Source of the DNA: a virus
Taxonomy: Duplodnaviria > Caudoviricetes
DNA: 57,815 nucleotides
Virus record (IMG/VR): IMGVR_UViG_3300022602_002355
Span: 1-57,815 of that record
Direction: 5' to 3' (one strand)
The notes below the pieces were generated by a model that was not told the DNA's origin, searched no databases, and saw only the letters and a program-made list of their open reading frames with translations. Positions 30,300 through 38,961 of the stretch are shown here, piece by piece (positions within the stretch are counted from its first letter, which is position 1; each line of letters begins with the position of its first letter). A program made the translations under genes and the position numbers.

Positions 30300-30857
30300 A
30301 TGAGTTTAGTAGATACAGTTTTAAATCTAATCAATAAAAAACCAAAAGACGCACCAACAGGTTCACGTAGCGAGCGTGAAGCAAAGATCAAAGACAAAGC
30401 GGGTATGGTTATTAACGTGTTTGCTTTGTTATTGGCAATCAACGCATGGTATGGCGGATCATTAAGTAGTACTGTCATGAACAATACTATCAAAGCAAAT
30501 GATGTATGGAATTTTTATCAGGCAAAAAGTATTAAACAAACAGATTATCAATTAGCAAGTGAACAAACTAACGACCCTAAAAAAGCTAAAGCATGGGCTG
30601 AAAAAGCGGCTAGCTATGAAGAAGGTCCCGAAGGCAAAAAAGCATTGTTTGAAAAAGCCAAGAAACTTGAAGCAGATCGTGACGAAGCTAAAAAGCGTAG
30701 CCCATGGATCAGTTATGCAAGTACCGCATACCAATTAAGTATTGTTGTACTATCAGCAAGTATTCTAGCAGTCAGCATGTACTTGTTCTGGGGTAGTTTT
30801 GTAGTAGCAGGTATCGGATTATTATTAATGAGCCAAGGGCTCTTTTTATGGTTTTAA
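30300..30857 (+). CDS. Membrane protein (DUF4337-like)
   Basis: Three hydrophobic segments, WNFYQAKSIK motif. Confidence 0.65.
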   Translation: MSLVDTVLNLINKKPKDAPTGSRSEREAKIKDKAGMVINVFALLLAINAWYGGSLSSTVMNNTIKANDVWNFYQAKSIKQTDYQLASEQTNDPKKAKAWAEKAASYEEGPEGKKALFEKAKKLEADRDEAKKRSPWISYASTAYQLSIVVLSASILAVSMYLFWGSFVVAGIGLLLMSQGLFLWF

Positions 30858-30874
30858 TTTTTTAGGAGCAAAAA

Positions 30875-31603
30875 ATGCCAGAAAGCGCAAGTGAAAAGAA
30901 AAAAGAAGATTGGATGAATTCTAAATGGCGTCCAATGATGGGTTGGATGTACATGTTAGTCTGTTTTATGGACTTTGTAGGATTTCCAGTTCTTTGGAGT
31001 TTAATACAGGCATACGACCACGGAAATGTCACAAGCCAATGGCAACCACTAACACTACAGGGTGCAGGGTTATTCCATATCGCAATGGGTGCTGTTATTG
31101 GTATTAGCGCATACGGCCGCACACAAGAAAAACTAAACGGTGCCGAAGGCGGCGGTTTAGGATCATTTGGTCCAGGTGTAGGAACTACCTATGTTCCGCC
31201 CTCAGGAACTACTACACCAACAGGAGGGTTTGGAAATGCGTCAACAACACCAACAGCAGGATTTTCGAGCGGGTCAACAGCATTTGGCTCTGCGCCAGCA
31301 GGAGGATTCGGCGCACCCGCCGCAGTACCTGCTACAAGCGGGTTTGGAAGCGCATCTCCAGCACCAGCTACAACACCAGCACCAGCCACAGGAGGGTTTG
31401 GATCGGGTTTTAATAGCGGGTCAGGGGCAACACCCGCACCACAAGCTCCAACAGTTACCGAAACAGTCGACGTAACTGTAAATGTAAAGGAAACAGGAGT
31501 AGGTAGTGCAACACCAAATACACCAGTTCCAGTTACTGGACAGGTTGCTCCTGGGTTTGGCGGAAAGTTAGGTCCTGTTCCAGCAGATGATCCGATATTA
31601 TAA
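30875..31603 (+). CDS. Holin-like membrane protein with Gly/Pro/Thr-rich tail
   Basis: KWRPMMGW motif plus TM helices as in GTA-type holins; located in lysis cassette. Confidence 0.6.
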   Translation: MPESASEKKKEDWMNSKWRPMMGWMYMLVCFMDFVGFPVLWSLIQAYDHGNVTSQWQPLTLQGAGLFHIAMGAVIGISAYGRTQEKLNGAEGGGLGSFGPGVGTTYVPPSGTTTPTGGFGNASTTPTAGFSSGSTAFGSAPAGGFGAPAAVPATSGFGSASPAPATTPAPATGGFGSGFNSGSGATPAPQAPTVTETVDVTVNVKETGVGSATPNTPVPVTGQVAPGFGGKLGPVPADDPIL

Positions 31604-31612
31604 GGAAACAAC

Positions 31613-31819
31613 ATGAAAAAATTACTATTGTTAATAGCAAGCGTAGCATTGGTGGGCACAGCCTATGCAGGCGGCGAGATGAAAAGTGTGTGTCATGATA
31701 AATTAGACAAGGCCGGCAAGCCAGTTAAAGATAAGGAAGGTAACAGTATCCAAGTTTGTAAGACTATTAAAGTTCATAAAAAATTGGATGATACAACTCC
31801 TGTACCAGTCAAAAAGTAA
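31613..31819 (+). CDS. Small secreted protein
   Basis: Signal peptide ending AYA, two Cys. Confidence 0.65.
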   Translation: MKKLLLLIASVALVGTAYAGGEMKSVCHDKLDKAGKPVKDKEGNSIQVCKTIKVHKKLDDTTPVPVKK

Positions 31820-31822
31820 TAA

Positions 31823-31851
31823 TTGACAAATCCCAAAAGGTATAGTATAAT
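31823..31851 (+). promoter_or_regulatory. Consensus sigma70 promoter
   Basis: TTGACA-17-TATAAT. Confidence 0.85.
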
Positions 31852-31866
31852 TGTACTATACCTTTT
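31835..31866. terminator. Inverted repeat (terminator or operator) overlapping the -10 box
   Basis: AAAAGGTATAGTA / TACTATACCTTTT, 13 bp perfect. Confidence 0.65.
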
Positions 31867-31879
31867 CTAATGGACTGCT

Positions 31880-32722
31880 GTGGATTATTATAAAACATTA
31901 GGCGTTGCTAAGAACGCTTCCGAAGATGAAATCAAAAAGGCTTATCGCAAACTAGCGATGAAGCACCATCCTGATCGCACAGGAGGGGATGATGCTGAAT
32001 TTAAAAAAATTCAAGAAGCATACGCTACACTAAGTGATTCGCAAAAACGTGCCCAATACGATAATCCTCAACCTCAAGGATTTGGAGGATTTGATTTTGG
32101 CGGAGGTGTTCCGCCCGGAATGGAAGACATTCTTTCTCAAATGTTTGGTGGCGGATTTGGCGGTGGCCCGTTTGGTAACAGCTTTAGACAACGACAACCG
32201 CAACGAAATAACACTGTTGGGTTACAAACTCAAATTACATTAGAAGAAGCATACGCAGGCAAGGAAATAATCGCTAGTTTTAAATTGCCGTCGGGTGGCG
32301 AACGCACTATTGAAGTTAAAATTCCGCCTGGTATACAAAATGGTACAACATTAAGAGTGCAAGGAGTAGGCGAGCATATTCATACTCACTTGCCGCCTGG
32401 TGATGTTCACCTAACAATTAATGTCCTTCCTAGTAGTGAGTTTTACCGGGACGGAGATGACCTAGTTAAAGAATTAGAAATATCAGTATGGGATGCTATT
32501 CTGGGCAAAGATATAACTGTAAACTGCATAGGCGGTAGACAAGTTGTTGCTACAGTACCGCCTGGGGTTCAGCCAGGTGCTACATTACGATTGCACGGAT
32601 ATGGCATGCCTAATCAACGTGACTCTAGATTTAGAGGCAATATGATGTTAAAATTAAAAATAGTAATTCCGACTAATTTGACCGAGACACAAAAAGATTT
32701 GGTCAAGCAACTTTCGAATTAA
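31880..32722 (+). CDS. dnaJ: DnaJ-class chaperone (type II, no Zn finger)
   Basis: J-domain with HPD, G/F-rich linker, C-terminal substrate domains. Confidence 0.93.
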   Translation: MDYYKTLGVAKNASEDEIKKAYRKLAMKHHPDRTGGDDAEFKKIQEAYATLSDSQKRAQYDNPQPQGFGGFDFGGGVPPGMEDILSQMFGGGFGGGPFGNSFRQRQPQRNNTVGLQTQITLEEAYAGKEIIASFKLPSGGERTIEVKIPPGIQNGTTLRVQGVGEHIHTHLPPGDVHLTINVLPSSEFYRDGDDLVKELEISVWDAILGKDITVNCIGGRQVVATVPPGVQPGATLRLHGYGMPNQRDSRFRGNMMLKLKIVIPTNLTETQKDLVKQLSN

Positions 32723-32730
32723 ATACCTTT

Positions 32731-33237
32731 ATGTTACAAATTGTAAAATTTCCAGACCCAATACTAAGAGAGCGGATGCCCGATTTTGATTTTGAGAATC
32801 CTATTATGGATCCAAAAGAACTCGAACGAGAAATGCTTGCGGCCATGTTTGCTAATAATGCAATCGGGCTTGCGGCTAATCAAGTAGGCATTCGTACACG
32901 AGTCTTTACCATAGGAGATAAAGAAAATTTCCTAATGGCTAAAGCATATTTTAATCCAAAGGTTATTGCAAATACCAGCGACATTAAAGACCTAGAAGAA
33001 GGTTGTCTAAGTTTCCCTGGTGTGTATGTTAATATCAAACGCCCTAGTGCAATTAAAGTAGAATATCAAAATGCAGACGGTGAAACCGAAACAGCAGAAT
33101 TCGAAGGTTATGACTGTAAGGTATTCTTACACGAATATGACCATTTGGAAGGCATTACATTCCAAGATAGAGTAAGTCCACTTAAATGGGCTATGGCAGT
33201 AAAGAAATCAAAACCAAATAAAAGGAAAGGCGTATAA
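32731..33237 (+). CDS. def: Peptide deformylase
   Basis: GLAANQVG, EGCLS, HEYDHLEG; TAAATA at 32720-32725. Confidence 0.93.
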   Translation: MLQIVKFPDPILRERMPDFDFENPIMDPKELEREMLAAMFANNAIGLAANQVGIRTRVFTIGDKENFLMAKAYFNPKVIANTSDIKDLEEGCLSFPGVYVNIKRPSAIKVEYQNADGETETAEFEGYDCKVFLHEYDHLEGITFQDRVSPLKWAMAVKKSKPNKRKGV

Positions 33238-35513
33238 TGTTAGAACCAAATAGCGATCTAGAAGGAATTTTTGAGCGAGCAGTAGCAATCGCGGCTAAAA
33301 ATCAACACGAGTATATTACTCTTGAACACTTCTTATATAGCATGGTTACAGATCAAAAATTTGGTCAGTTGCTTACAGACTTCGGAGCAGAAGTTGATGA
33401 TTTGAAAAAGAATCTTGAAAAATTTATCCATGATGATTTGAATGAAATTAAGTCTAATAAACCAGACGCTAAACCAAAGAAGACAAATACTGTAGAACGT
33501 ATGTTAAATCGTGCGTTTACACAGGTGTTATTCAACGGCCGTAATGTTATTGAACCAATTGATTGTTTTATCAGTTTATTTTCAGAGAAGAAAAGTTTTG
33601 CTAACTTTTTTATTCGAAAGGCTAAAATTGATAAAGATAAATTTATCGAATTTATCAACAACGAAGCTGATACACAAGAGGGTGAAGTTAAGGAAGTCAA
33701 CACCAAACAACTTGAACGTTTGATTGTACAGTATTGTCTTAATCTTACTGCAAAGGCAAAAGCAAAGCAAATCGATCCTGTTATCGGTCGAGAAAAAGAA
33801 ATCGAAGACATTACTCTTGTGCTAGCACGTAGACAAAAAGCCAATGTTATGTTAGTAGGTGATCCGGGCGTGGGTAAGACTGCTATTGCAGAAGGACTTG
33901 CACGTAGAATCATCGAAGGCAATGTTCCAAAGTTTATTAAAGACAGTACAGTTTATAGTCTAGACATTAGTGCTATGTTGGCTGGTAGTAAGTATCGCGG
34001 AGATTTTGAAGAGCGCCTAAAGTTAGTCATTACTGCATTAGAAAAGAAAAAGAATTGTATTCTGTTCATTGACGAAGCACACATGATGAGTGGTGCAGGT
34101 GCAGTAAGCGGTGGAAGCAATGATATGGCCAATATGTTAAAGCCAGCATTGGGCAAAGGCACTATTAAAGTTATTGCTTCAACTACATGGGAAGAATACC
34201 GTAAACACTTTGAAAAGGATCGTGCTTTAATGCGTCGATTCCAACGTGTTACCGTAGATGAGCCTAGCGAAGCAACTGCTATTAAAATTATTAAAGGTCT
34301 ACGTAAGTATTACGAAAAACATCACGGTGTTAAGATTACTAACCAAGCAGTTATTGATTCAGTTAAGTATTCTATCAAGTACATGTCTGATAAGAAATTA
34401 CCAGATAAGGCAATTGACTTAATCGATTGTGCATGTGCTCGCTTTAAAGTTCGTGACGAAGAGTCAGGTATTGTTGATCATGACGAAATTATGTTTGAAG
34501 TTGCTAAAGTAACAAACTTGCCACTAGAACAAATTTCTGCTAAAGAAAACAAGAACCTGAAAGACCTTGATAAGAATATGCGTAGCAAAGTCTATGGCCA
34601 AGAACAGGCTATCGATATTTTGTTAGATAAAATCTTTATTGCTCAAGCAGGACTTAAAGGACTTAATAAACCAGTTGGTAGTTTCTTGTTTACAGGACCC
34701 ACAGGTGTTGGAAAGACCGAAACTGCTAAAGTATTGGCAGGAGGCTTAGGTGTAGAATTAGTACGTTTTGATATGAGTGAATATCAAGAGAAACATTCTG
34801 TTGCTAAGTTTATCGGAGCTCCTCCGGGCTATGTCGGTTTTGAAGATAATGCCGGTATGCTTATCACTAAACTTCAAGAGCATCCAAACAGCGTTTTATT
34901 GTTTGACGAAATTGAAAAAGCTCATCCAGACGTTGCTAATGTATTGTTAGGATTGATGGACAATGGATTTGTTACAGGAAGTAATGGCAAAAAGGCCGAT
35001 GGTCGAAATGCAATCATTATCTTAACTTCTAATTTGGGCTCAGCAGACAACGAACGTAATGCAGTTGGATTCGGTGGACTAGAACGTGAAGACGAAACTG
35101 ATACAGCAATTAACGCATTCTTTAAACCCGAGTTCCGCAATCGTTTAGATGGTATTATTAAGTTTGGTAAACTTGATCACAGCACAATGGCTAAGATCGT
35201 TAAGAAATTCATCGACGAACTTAATGCGTTGTTGAAAGAAAAGAATGTACATGTTAAACTTGATGGCGATGCAGGTGAACTTTTGATTAAGAAAGGGTTC
35301 AATCGTAAGATGGGTGCAAGACCACTACAACGAACCATTGACGACATGATCAAGAAGCCGTTAAGTAAAGAAATCCTTTTTGGTAATTTAGTGAACGGTG
35401 GTATTGTAGAAGTTACTGCCGACGATGGTGAATTAAAACTAAAATTTATCGAAGTGCTACCGGTTGAAAAACCCAAAGTAGAAGAAGAAGATGTTAGTCA
35501 AGAAGACAACTAA
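33237..35513 (+). CDS. clpA: ClpA-like AAA+ unfoldase
   Basis: Clp N-domain, GDPGVGKT and GPTGVGKT, GAPPGYVG, VGF ClpP-docking loop, no ClpB middle domain. Confidence 0.92.
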   Translation: MLEPNSDLEGIFERAVAIAAKNQHEYITLEHFLYSMVTDQKFGQLLTDFGAEVDDLKKNLEKFIHDDLNEIKSNKPDAKPKKTNTVERMLNRAFTQVLFNGRNVIEPIDCFISLFSEKKSFANFFIRKAKIDKDKFIEFINNEADTQEGEVKEVNTKQLERLIVQYCLNLTAKAKAKQIDPVIGREKEIEDITLVLARRQKANVMLVGDPGVGKTAIAEGLARRIIEGNVPKFIKDSTVYSLDISAMLAGSKYRGDFEERLKLVITALEKKKNCILFIDEAHMMSGAGAVSGGSNDMANMLKPALGKGTIKVIASTTWEEYRKHFEKDRALMRRFQRVTVDEPSEATAIKIIKGLRKYYEKHHGVKITNQAVIDSVKYSIKYMSDKKLPDKAIDLIDCACARFKVRDEESGIVDHDEIMFEVAKVTNLPLEQISAKENKNLKDLDKNMRSKVYGQEQAIDILLDKIFIAQAGLKGLNKPVGSFLFTGPTGVGKTETAKVLAGGLGVELVRFDMSEYQEKHSVAKFIGAPPGYVGFEDNAGMLITKLQEHPNSVLLFDEIEKAHPDVANVLLGLMDNGFVTGSNGKKADGRNAIIILTSNLGSADNERNAVGFGGLEREDETDTAINAFFKPEFRNRLDGIIKFGKLDHSTMAKIVKKFIDELNALLKEKNVHVKLDGDAGELLIKKGFNRKMGARPLQRTIDDMIKKPLSKEILFGNLVNGGIVEVTADDGELKLKFIEVLPVEKPKVEEEDVSQEDN

Positions 35514-36189
35514 ACTTTTTTACGGAAAATATCCGTATAAAATCGAAACAAAGGTAAAGGGCGCAAGCTCTTTACTTCGTCGCGGGTACAACTATATTCT
35601 CGATTTTTGTAATTCAAACAGGAGTGAGATCTCACAGTCATGGACATATAGAGGGGTAATGTTTTCTAAGATTGATAAGGACATTCTTTTAGAATATGCA
35701 GAAACAATTAAACCATACTTAGAAAAAGATAACGAGATTAAAAAACGTACCGAAGGTAGTGTTATTAGTTTTTTTATCGAAGATAAGCCCACCTATGATA
35801 AAATTAGTCAACACATGTTTAGGTGGATCTCTGAAGTACATGAACCCGGTAGTCAAGAAGATTTAGACTTTCTGCTGGCCAACGGTGCTAAAAAGATTCT
35901 CGTTGACGAGATCCCTTATGGAAAATATAACTATAAAGTTACTTTAAAATGTGACCTAGCAGTTAATCGACGTAGTGACTTTTTTAGTTGGTTGTCTAAG
36001 TATACTGAAGATACTTTTAAGGTTAGTAAAGAAACTGCTAGATGGCTTAAAAACGAAAGAAAATGGAGTGCAGATCCGTTTATATATGTTAGTAATTCAT
36101 CTATGCTAACAATGATGGGTATGTATGTATCAGGGCATATTAGACGGATAGATCAGTACGTTCTACGTAGTTCTATTCATACGGAATAA
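35491..36189 (+). CDS. Hypothetical protein
   Basis: 232-aa ORF with a twice-occurring YGKYxYK motif. Confidence 0.7.
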   Translation: MLVKKTTKLFYGKYPYKIETKVKGASSLLRRGYNYILDFCNSNRSEISQSWTYRGVMFSKIDKDILLEYAETIKPYLEKDNEIKKRTEGSVISFFIEDKPTYDKISQHMFRWISEVHEPGSQEDLDFLLANGAKKILVDEIPYGKYNYKVTLKCDLAVNRRSDFFSWLSKYTEDTFKVSKETARWLKNERKWSADPFIYVSNSSMLTMMGMYVSGHIRRIDQYVLRSSIHTE

Positions 36190-36192
36190 ATA
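36186..36192 (+). promoter_or_regulatory. Late promoter
   Basis: ATAAATA overlapping the upstream stop. Confidence 0.6.
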
Positions 36193-36212
36193 GTGTATTA
36201 AGGGATTATAAC

Positions 36213-36626
36213 ATGGCCGGATTAAGCATACCATTAACTTTTGTATCACAAGTTTCATCATCTACTACTGCAACCACAGTACAGATTGTGTATCCACAAT
36301 TAACCACAGGAAACTTAACCTACATAAGCAACCCAGAGAAGGGCGATGGATATTTCGGCTCTAGCGATGGATTACATACAGTAACCTATTCTGTAGCACA
36401 GAATTTCATAGGTGAAATTAAAATGCAAGGTACGCTAGCACTTAATCCTATTGACGTTAGTTCTACACAAACTGATTGGTTTGATATCGTAGGAACCGAC
36501 ATCGTTTACCCTTATCCAGGCTCAAATAACACACAATATGCCAATTTTACTGGACTTTTTGTGTGGGTTCGTGGCGTAGTTGTCATAAGCCAAGGAGCCG
36601 TTACTGTACTCAACTACAATCATTAA
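36213..36626 (+). CDS. Putative virion beta-sandwich protein
   Basis: KGDGYFG..DGLHTV, QGTL, NFTG.FVWVR; late promoter. Confidence 0.6.
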   Translation: MAGLSIPLTFVSQVSSSTTATTVQIVYPQLTTGNLTYISNPEKGDGYFGSSDGLHTVTYSVAQNFIGEIKMQGTLALNPIDVSSTQTDWFDIVGTDIVYPYPGSNNTQYANFTGLFVWVRGVVVISQGAVTVLNYNH

Positions 36627-36639
36627 TAGTAAAATCCAA

Positions 36640-36646
36640 CTAAATA
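36640..36646 (+). promoter_or_regulatory. Late promoter heading the 36.7-43.6 kb cluster
   Basis: CTAAATA in the intergenic gap. Confidence 0.65.
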
Positions 36647-36709
36647 CTCTATTAATTGGGTGTTTAGCTGTATCATTGCGACATCTTAAAAAAGATCGGT
36701 GAAACTATT

Positions 36710-37060
36710 ATGCTATTAAATGAATTTTTCGGTAAGTCACAAACTCATGATGTAACTGACAAAAATAAGTTCAGAGAAGAACAAGTCATGGACGAAGTAT
36801 TTGAATATATCTTAAATCAAGATGATCTACATAAGAAGTTTTTCTTACCAACTGCAAACAAAGTTAAGAATACTAAAAAAGACGATCCTAAACTCTGGGA
36901 ACCATTAGTCAATCACGGTTGCATGAAGTTTTACAAAGAAAAAGAAATCATCGAAGATCCTAGAGATTTGTTTACTAAAAAAATGAGAGAGAAACTATGT
37001 CAGCGTTTTGCTAAACATTTTCACGATGACATACGTAAAGACGAATACAAATTAGGATAA
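36710..37060 (+). CDS. Hypothetical late protein (MLLNEFF N-terminus)
   Basis: Shares the N-terminal M-x-h-x-E-h motif with neighbours. Confidence 0.7.
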   Translation: MLLNEFFGKSQTHDVTDKNKFREEQVMDEVFEYILNQDDLHKKFFLPTANKVKNTKKDDPKLWEPLVNHGCMKFYKEKEIIEDPRDLFTKKMREKLCQRFAKHFHDDIRKDEYKLG

Positions 37061-37063
37061 TTC

Positions 37064-37942
37064 ATGGCAGGTAAAAGACTTTCATCTGCTGGTATCGATG
37101 TTGCCCGTGTAACCAAGGATGATTTCACTGCGGCTAAGGCTAAAATAGATCCACTATTAAAGAAAGCAGGTATTACAGCAGGATGGACTTCAGGTGGGGC
37201 AGGTAGTTTTGACCCAGAGCACCCATACCCTGGCACATTAAGAACAGACTCTGGGGATATCGACATTATGATCGATCCTCAAGAATTATTACATAAATTT
37301 CCAGCCGACATCGAAGCATGGAACGCATCATCAAAGAAGCCATTAGGTCCTAAAGCACTAGCAACAGCATTTGCTGATCCTGCTAAAAAAATTAAATTAC
37401 AAATGAGTGCTAGTAAAGCCGCGTTGGCAAACTATATGACTCAACACGGTATGCCAACTGATCCAGGAACACTTACCGTACAATATTCAGCTAACAATAA
37501 AAATTATTCAATCGACCTAATTGTTAGACCTCGAGATAGTTGGAATTTACACACGCACGATTTTAGTTTAGACCCTGGTATGCGTGGTGGCGATTTATGG
37601 AATGAAATTTATCCAGCACTGGCTAAAGTTAGTAGTCAAAAGAAATTCATTGATCCCAAAACAGGCGAAGAAAAAGGTAATATCCAATTTAGTCCAGACA
37701 AAGGATTAGTTGATAGAGAAACAGGACAAGTAGTTGCTAGTGGCGCTGAAAAAGATAAGATTGCTAAATTTTTAATTGGCCCAGAAGCGGGTGCTCGTGA
37801 CATATCCAGTCTAACCGGAATTAAAAATGCCTTGCGAAAATATCCAGATAAATGGAACGCAGTTAAACAATTTTTCCCAACACAAGAAAACATTCAATTT
37901 GGTTCAGGTGCGTGGATGCGTAAAATGATGGAGAGACTATAA
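37064..37942 (+). CDS. Pol-beta superfamily nucleotidyltransferase-like protein
   Basis: AGS...DSGDIDIMI plus third Asp in YSIDLIV. Confidence 0.65.
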   Translation: MAGKRLSSAGIDVARVTKDDFTAAKAKIDPLLKKAGITAGWTSGGAGSFDPEHPYPGTLRTDSGDIDIMIDPQELLHKFPADIEAWNASSKKPLGPKALATAFADPAKKIKLQMSASKAALANYMTQHGMPTDPGTLTVQYSANNKNYSIDLIVRPRDSWNLHTHDFSLDPGMRGGDLWNEIYPALAKVSSQKKFIDPKTGEEKGNIQFSPDKGLVDRETGQVVASGAEKDKIAKFLIGPEAGARDISSLTGIKNALRKYPDKWNAVKQFFPTQENIQFGSGAWMRKMMERL

Positions 37943-38961
37943 TGCGTATTATAGAAATTCTCAAAGAGGGCGGTTGGGATACTGCGGCTACACAAGGAAC
38001 AGTTATTACTCCTAGTGTTACCAAACAAGGATTAGCCGCTATGAATAAATTCTTAGAAGGCTTTAATCAATATCTAAAACAAAAAGGAATTGGTCCAGTT
38101 CGTGCAGGTACACCTACAGGAAGTAGTGCATATCACAATGTCGATCCAGAAACAGCAATCTACGGCGATATAGATTTACAAATTATTGTACCAGAGATTC
38201 CAGAGTTAGCAGGTAAGACACAATCACAGGTACAAACCTATTGGCACAAATTAGCAGGTGATTATGTCGCGGCACATCCTAATGTAGCACATGAAGAAAG
38301 TAAACCGGGTCATCCAGTATTACCAATCGGTAATAATCAATTTGTGCAAGTGGATATGATGATACACCCTGAACCATTGGCTAAATGGGGTGCGGCTCGT
38401 ACTATTCCAGAACGCGGAGTTAAAGGATTATTGCACGGGAACATGTTCTCTGTATTCGGTGAATTGTTAAACATGAGTATACAACACAGTGGTGTACAGT
38501 TTAAGGTTAGAGATAATGTAAGACAACCGTACACTACCACACGCAAAAACTATGAATTGAAAACTATTAGCACAAATCCGGAAACATTTGTCTATGATAC
38601 GTTTATGCACGAAGCACAATTATTGGGAATTAAACATCCAAAAATTGATCCGTTGTTAAAACAATTCCCTGGAAAGAACTTAGAAGATGTTAAAATATCT
38701 AATCTAGTTAATGCCGTTAAAGGATTTGCACGTAGTTGTGACATGAACAATATGTTTACACAAGGCGAATTATCTGGATTCATGTCAGGCGAAGATTTCT
38801 TAAAACAATTCTGGGAACGATATGAAGGTAAGGCATTAAAAGACATCGCTGGATCTAAGAGAGATAAGGCAATTGGTAACCCAGATGCAGAAGCTCGTGC
38901 CGAAGCAGATAAACAAAAAATATTAAGCGGATTAAAAATGGTTAAAGGACTGTTTCAATGA
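37942..38961 (+). CDS. Pol-beta superfamily nucleotidyltransferase-like protein
   Basis: PTGSS...YGDIDLQI plus VQVDMM. Confidence 0.7.
   Translation: MRIIEILKEGGWDTAATQGTVITPSVTKQGLAAMNKFLEGFNQYLKQKGIGPVRAGTPTGSSAYHNVDPETAIYGDIDLQIIVPEIPELAGKTQSQVQTYWHKLAGDYVAAHPNVAHEESKPGHPVLPIGNNQFVQVDMMIHPEPLAKWGAARTIPERGVKGLLHGNMFSVFGELLNMSIQHSGVQFKVRDNVRQPYTTTRKNYELKTISTNPETFVYDTFMHEAQLLGIKHPKIDPLLKQFPGKNLEDVKISNLVNAVKGFARSCDMNNMFTQGELSGFMSGEDFLKQFWERYEGKALKDIAGSKRDKAIGNPDAEARAEADKQKILSGLKMVKGLFQ

Noticed and set aside
33365-35476. Minus-strand ORFs within clpA (similar ones lie within polB and the giant tail gene)
   Set aside because: Antisense shadows without RBS or recognisable motifs
31880-35513. 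Bacterial chromosome origin suggested by dnaJ, def, clpA, sod and folE
   Set aside because: Interleaved with T4-like PolB, clamp, clamp loader, virion genes and TAAATA promoters, with uniform composition
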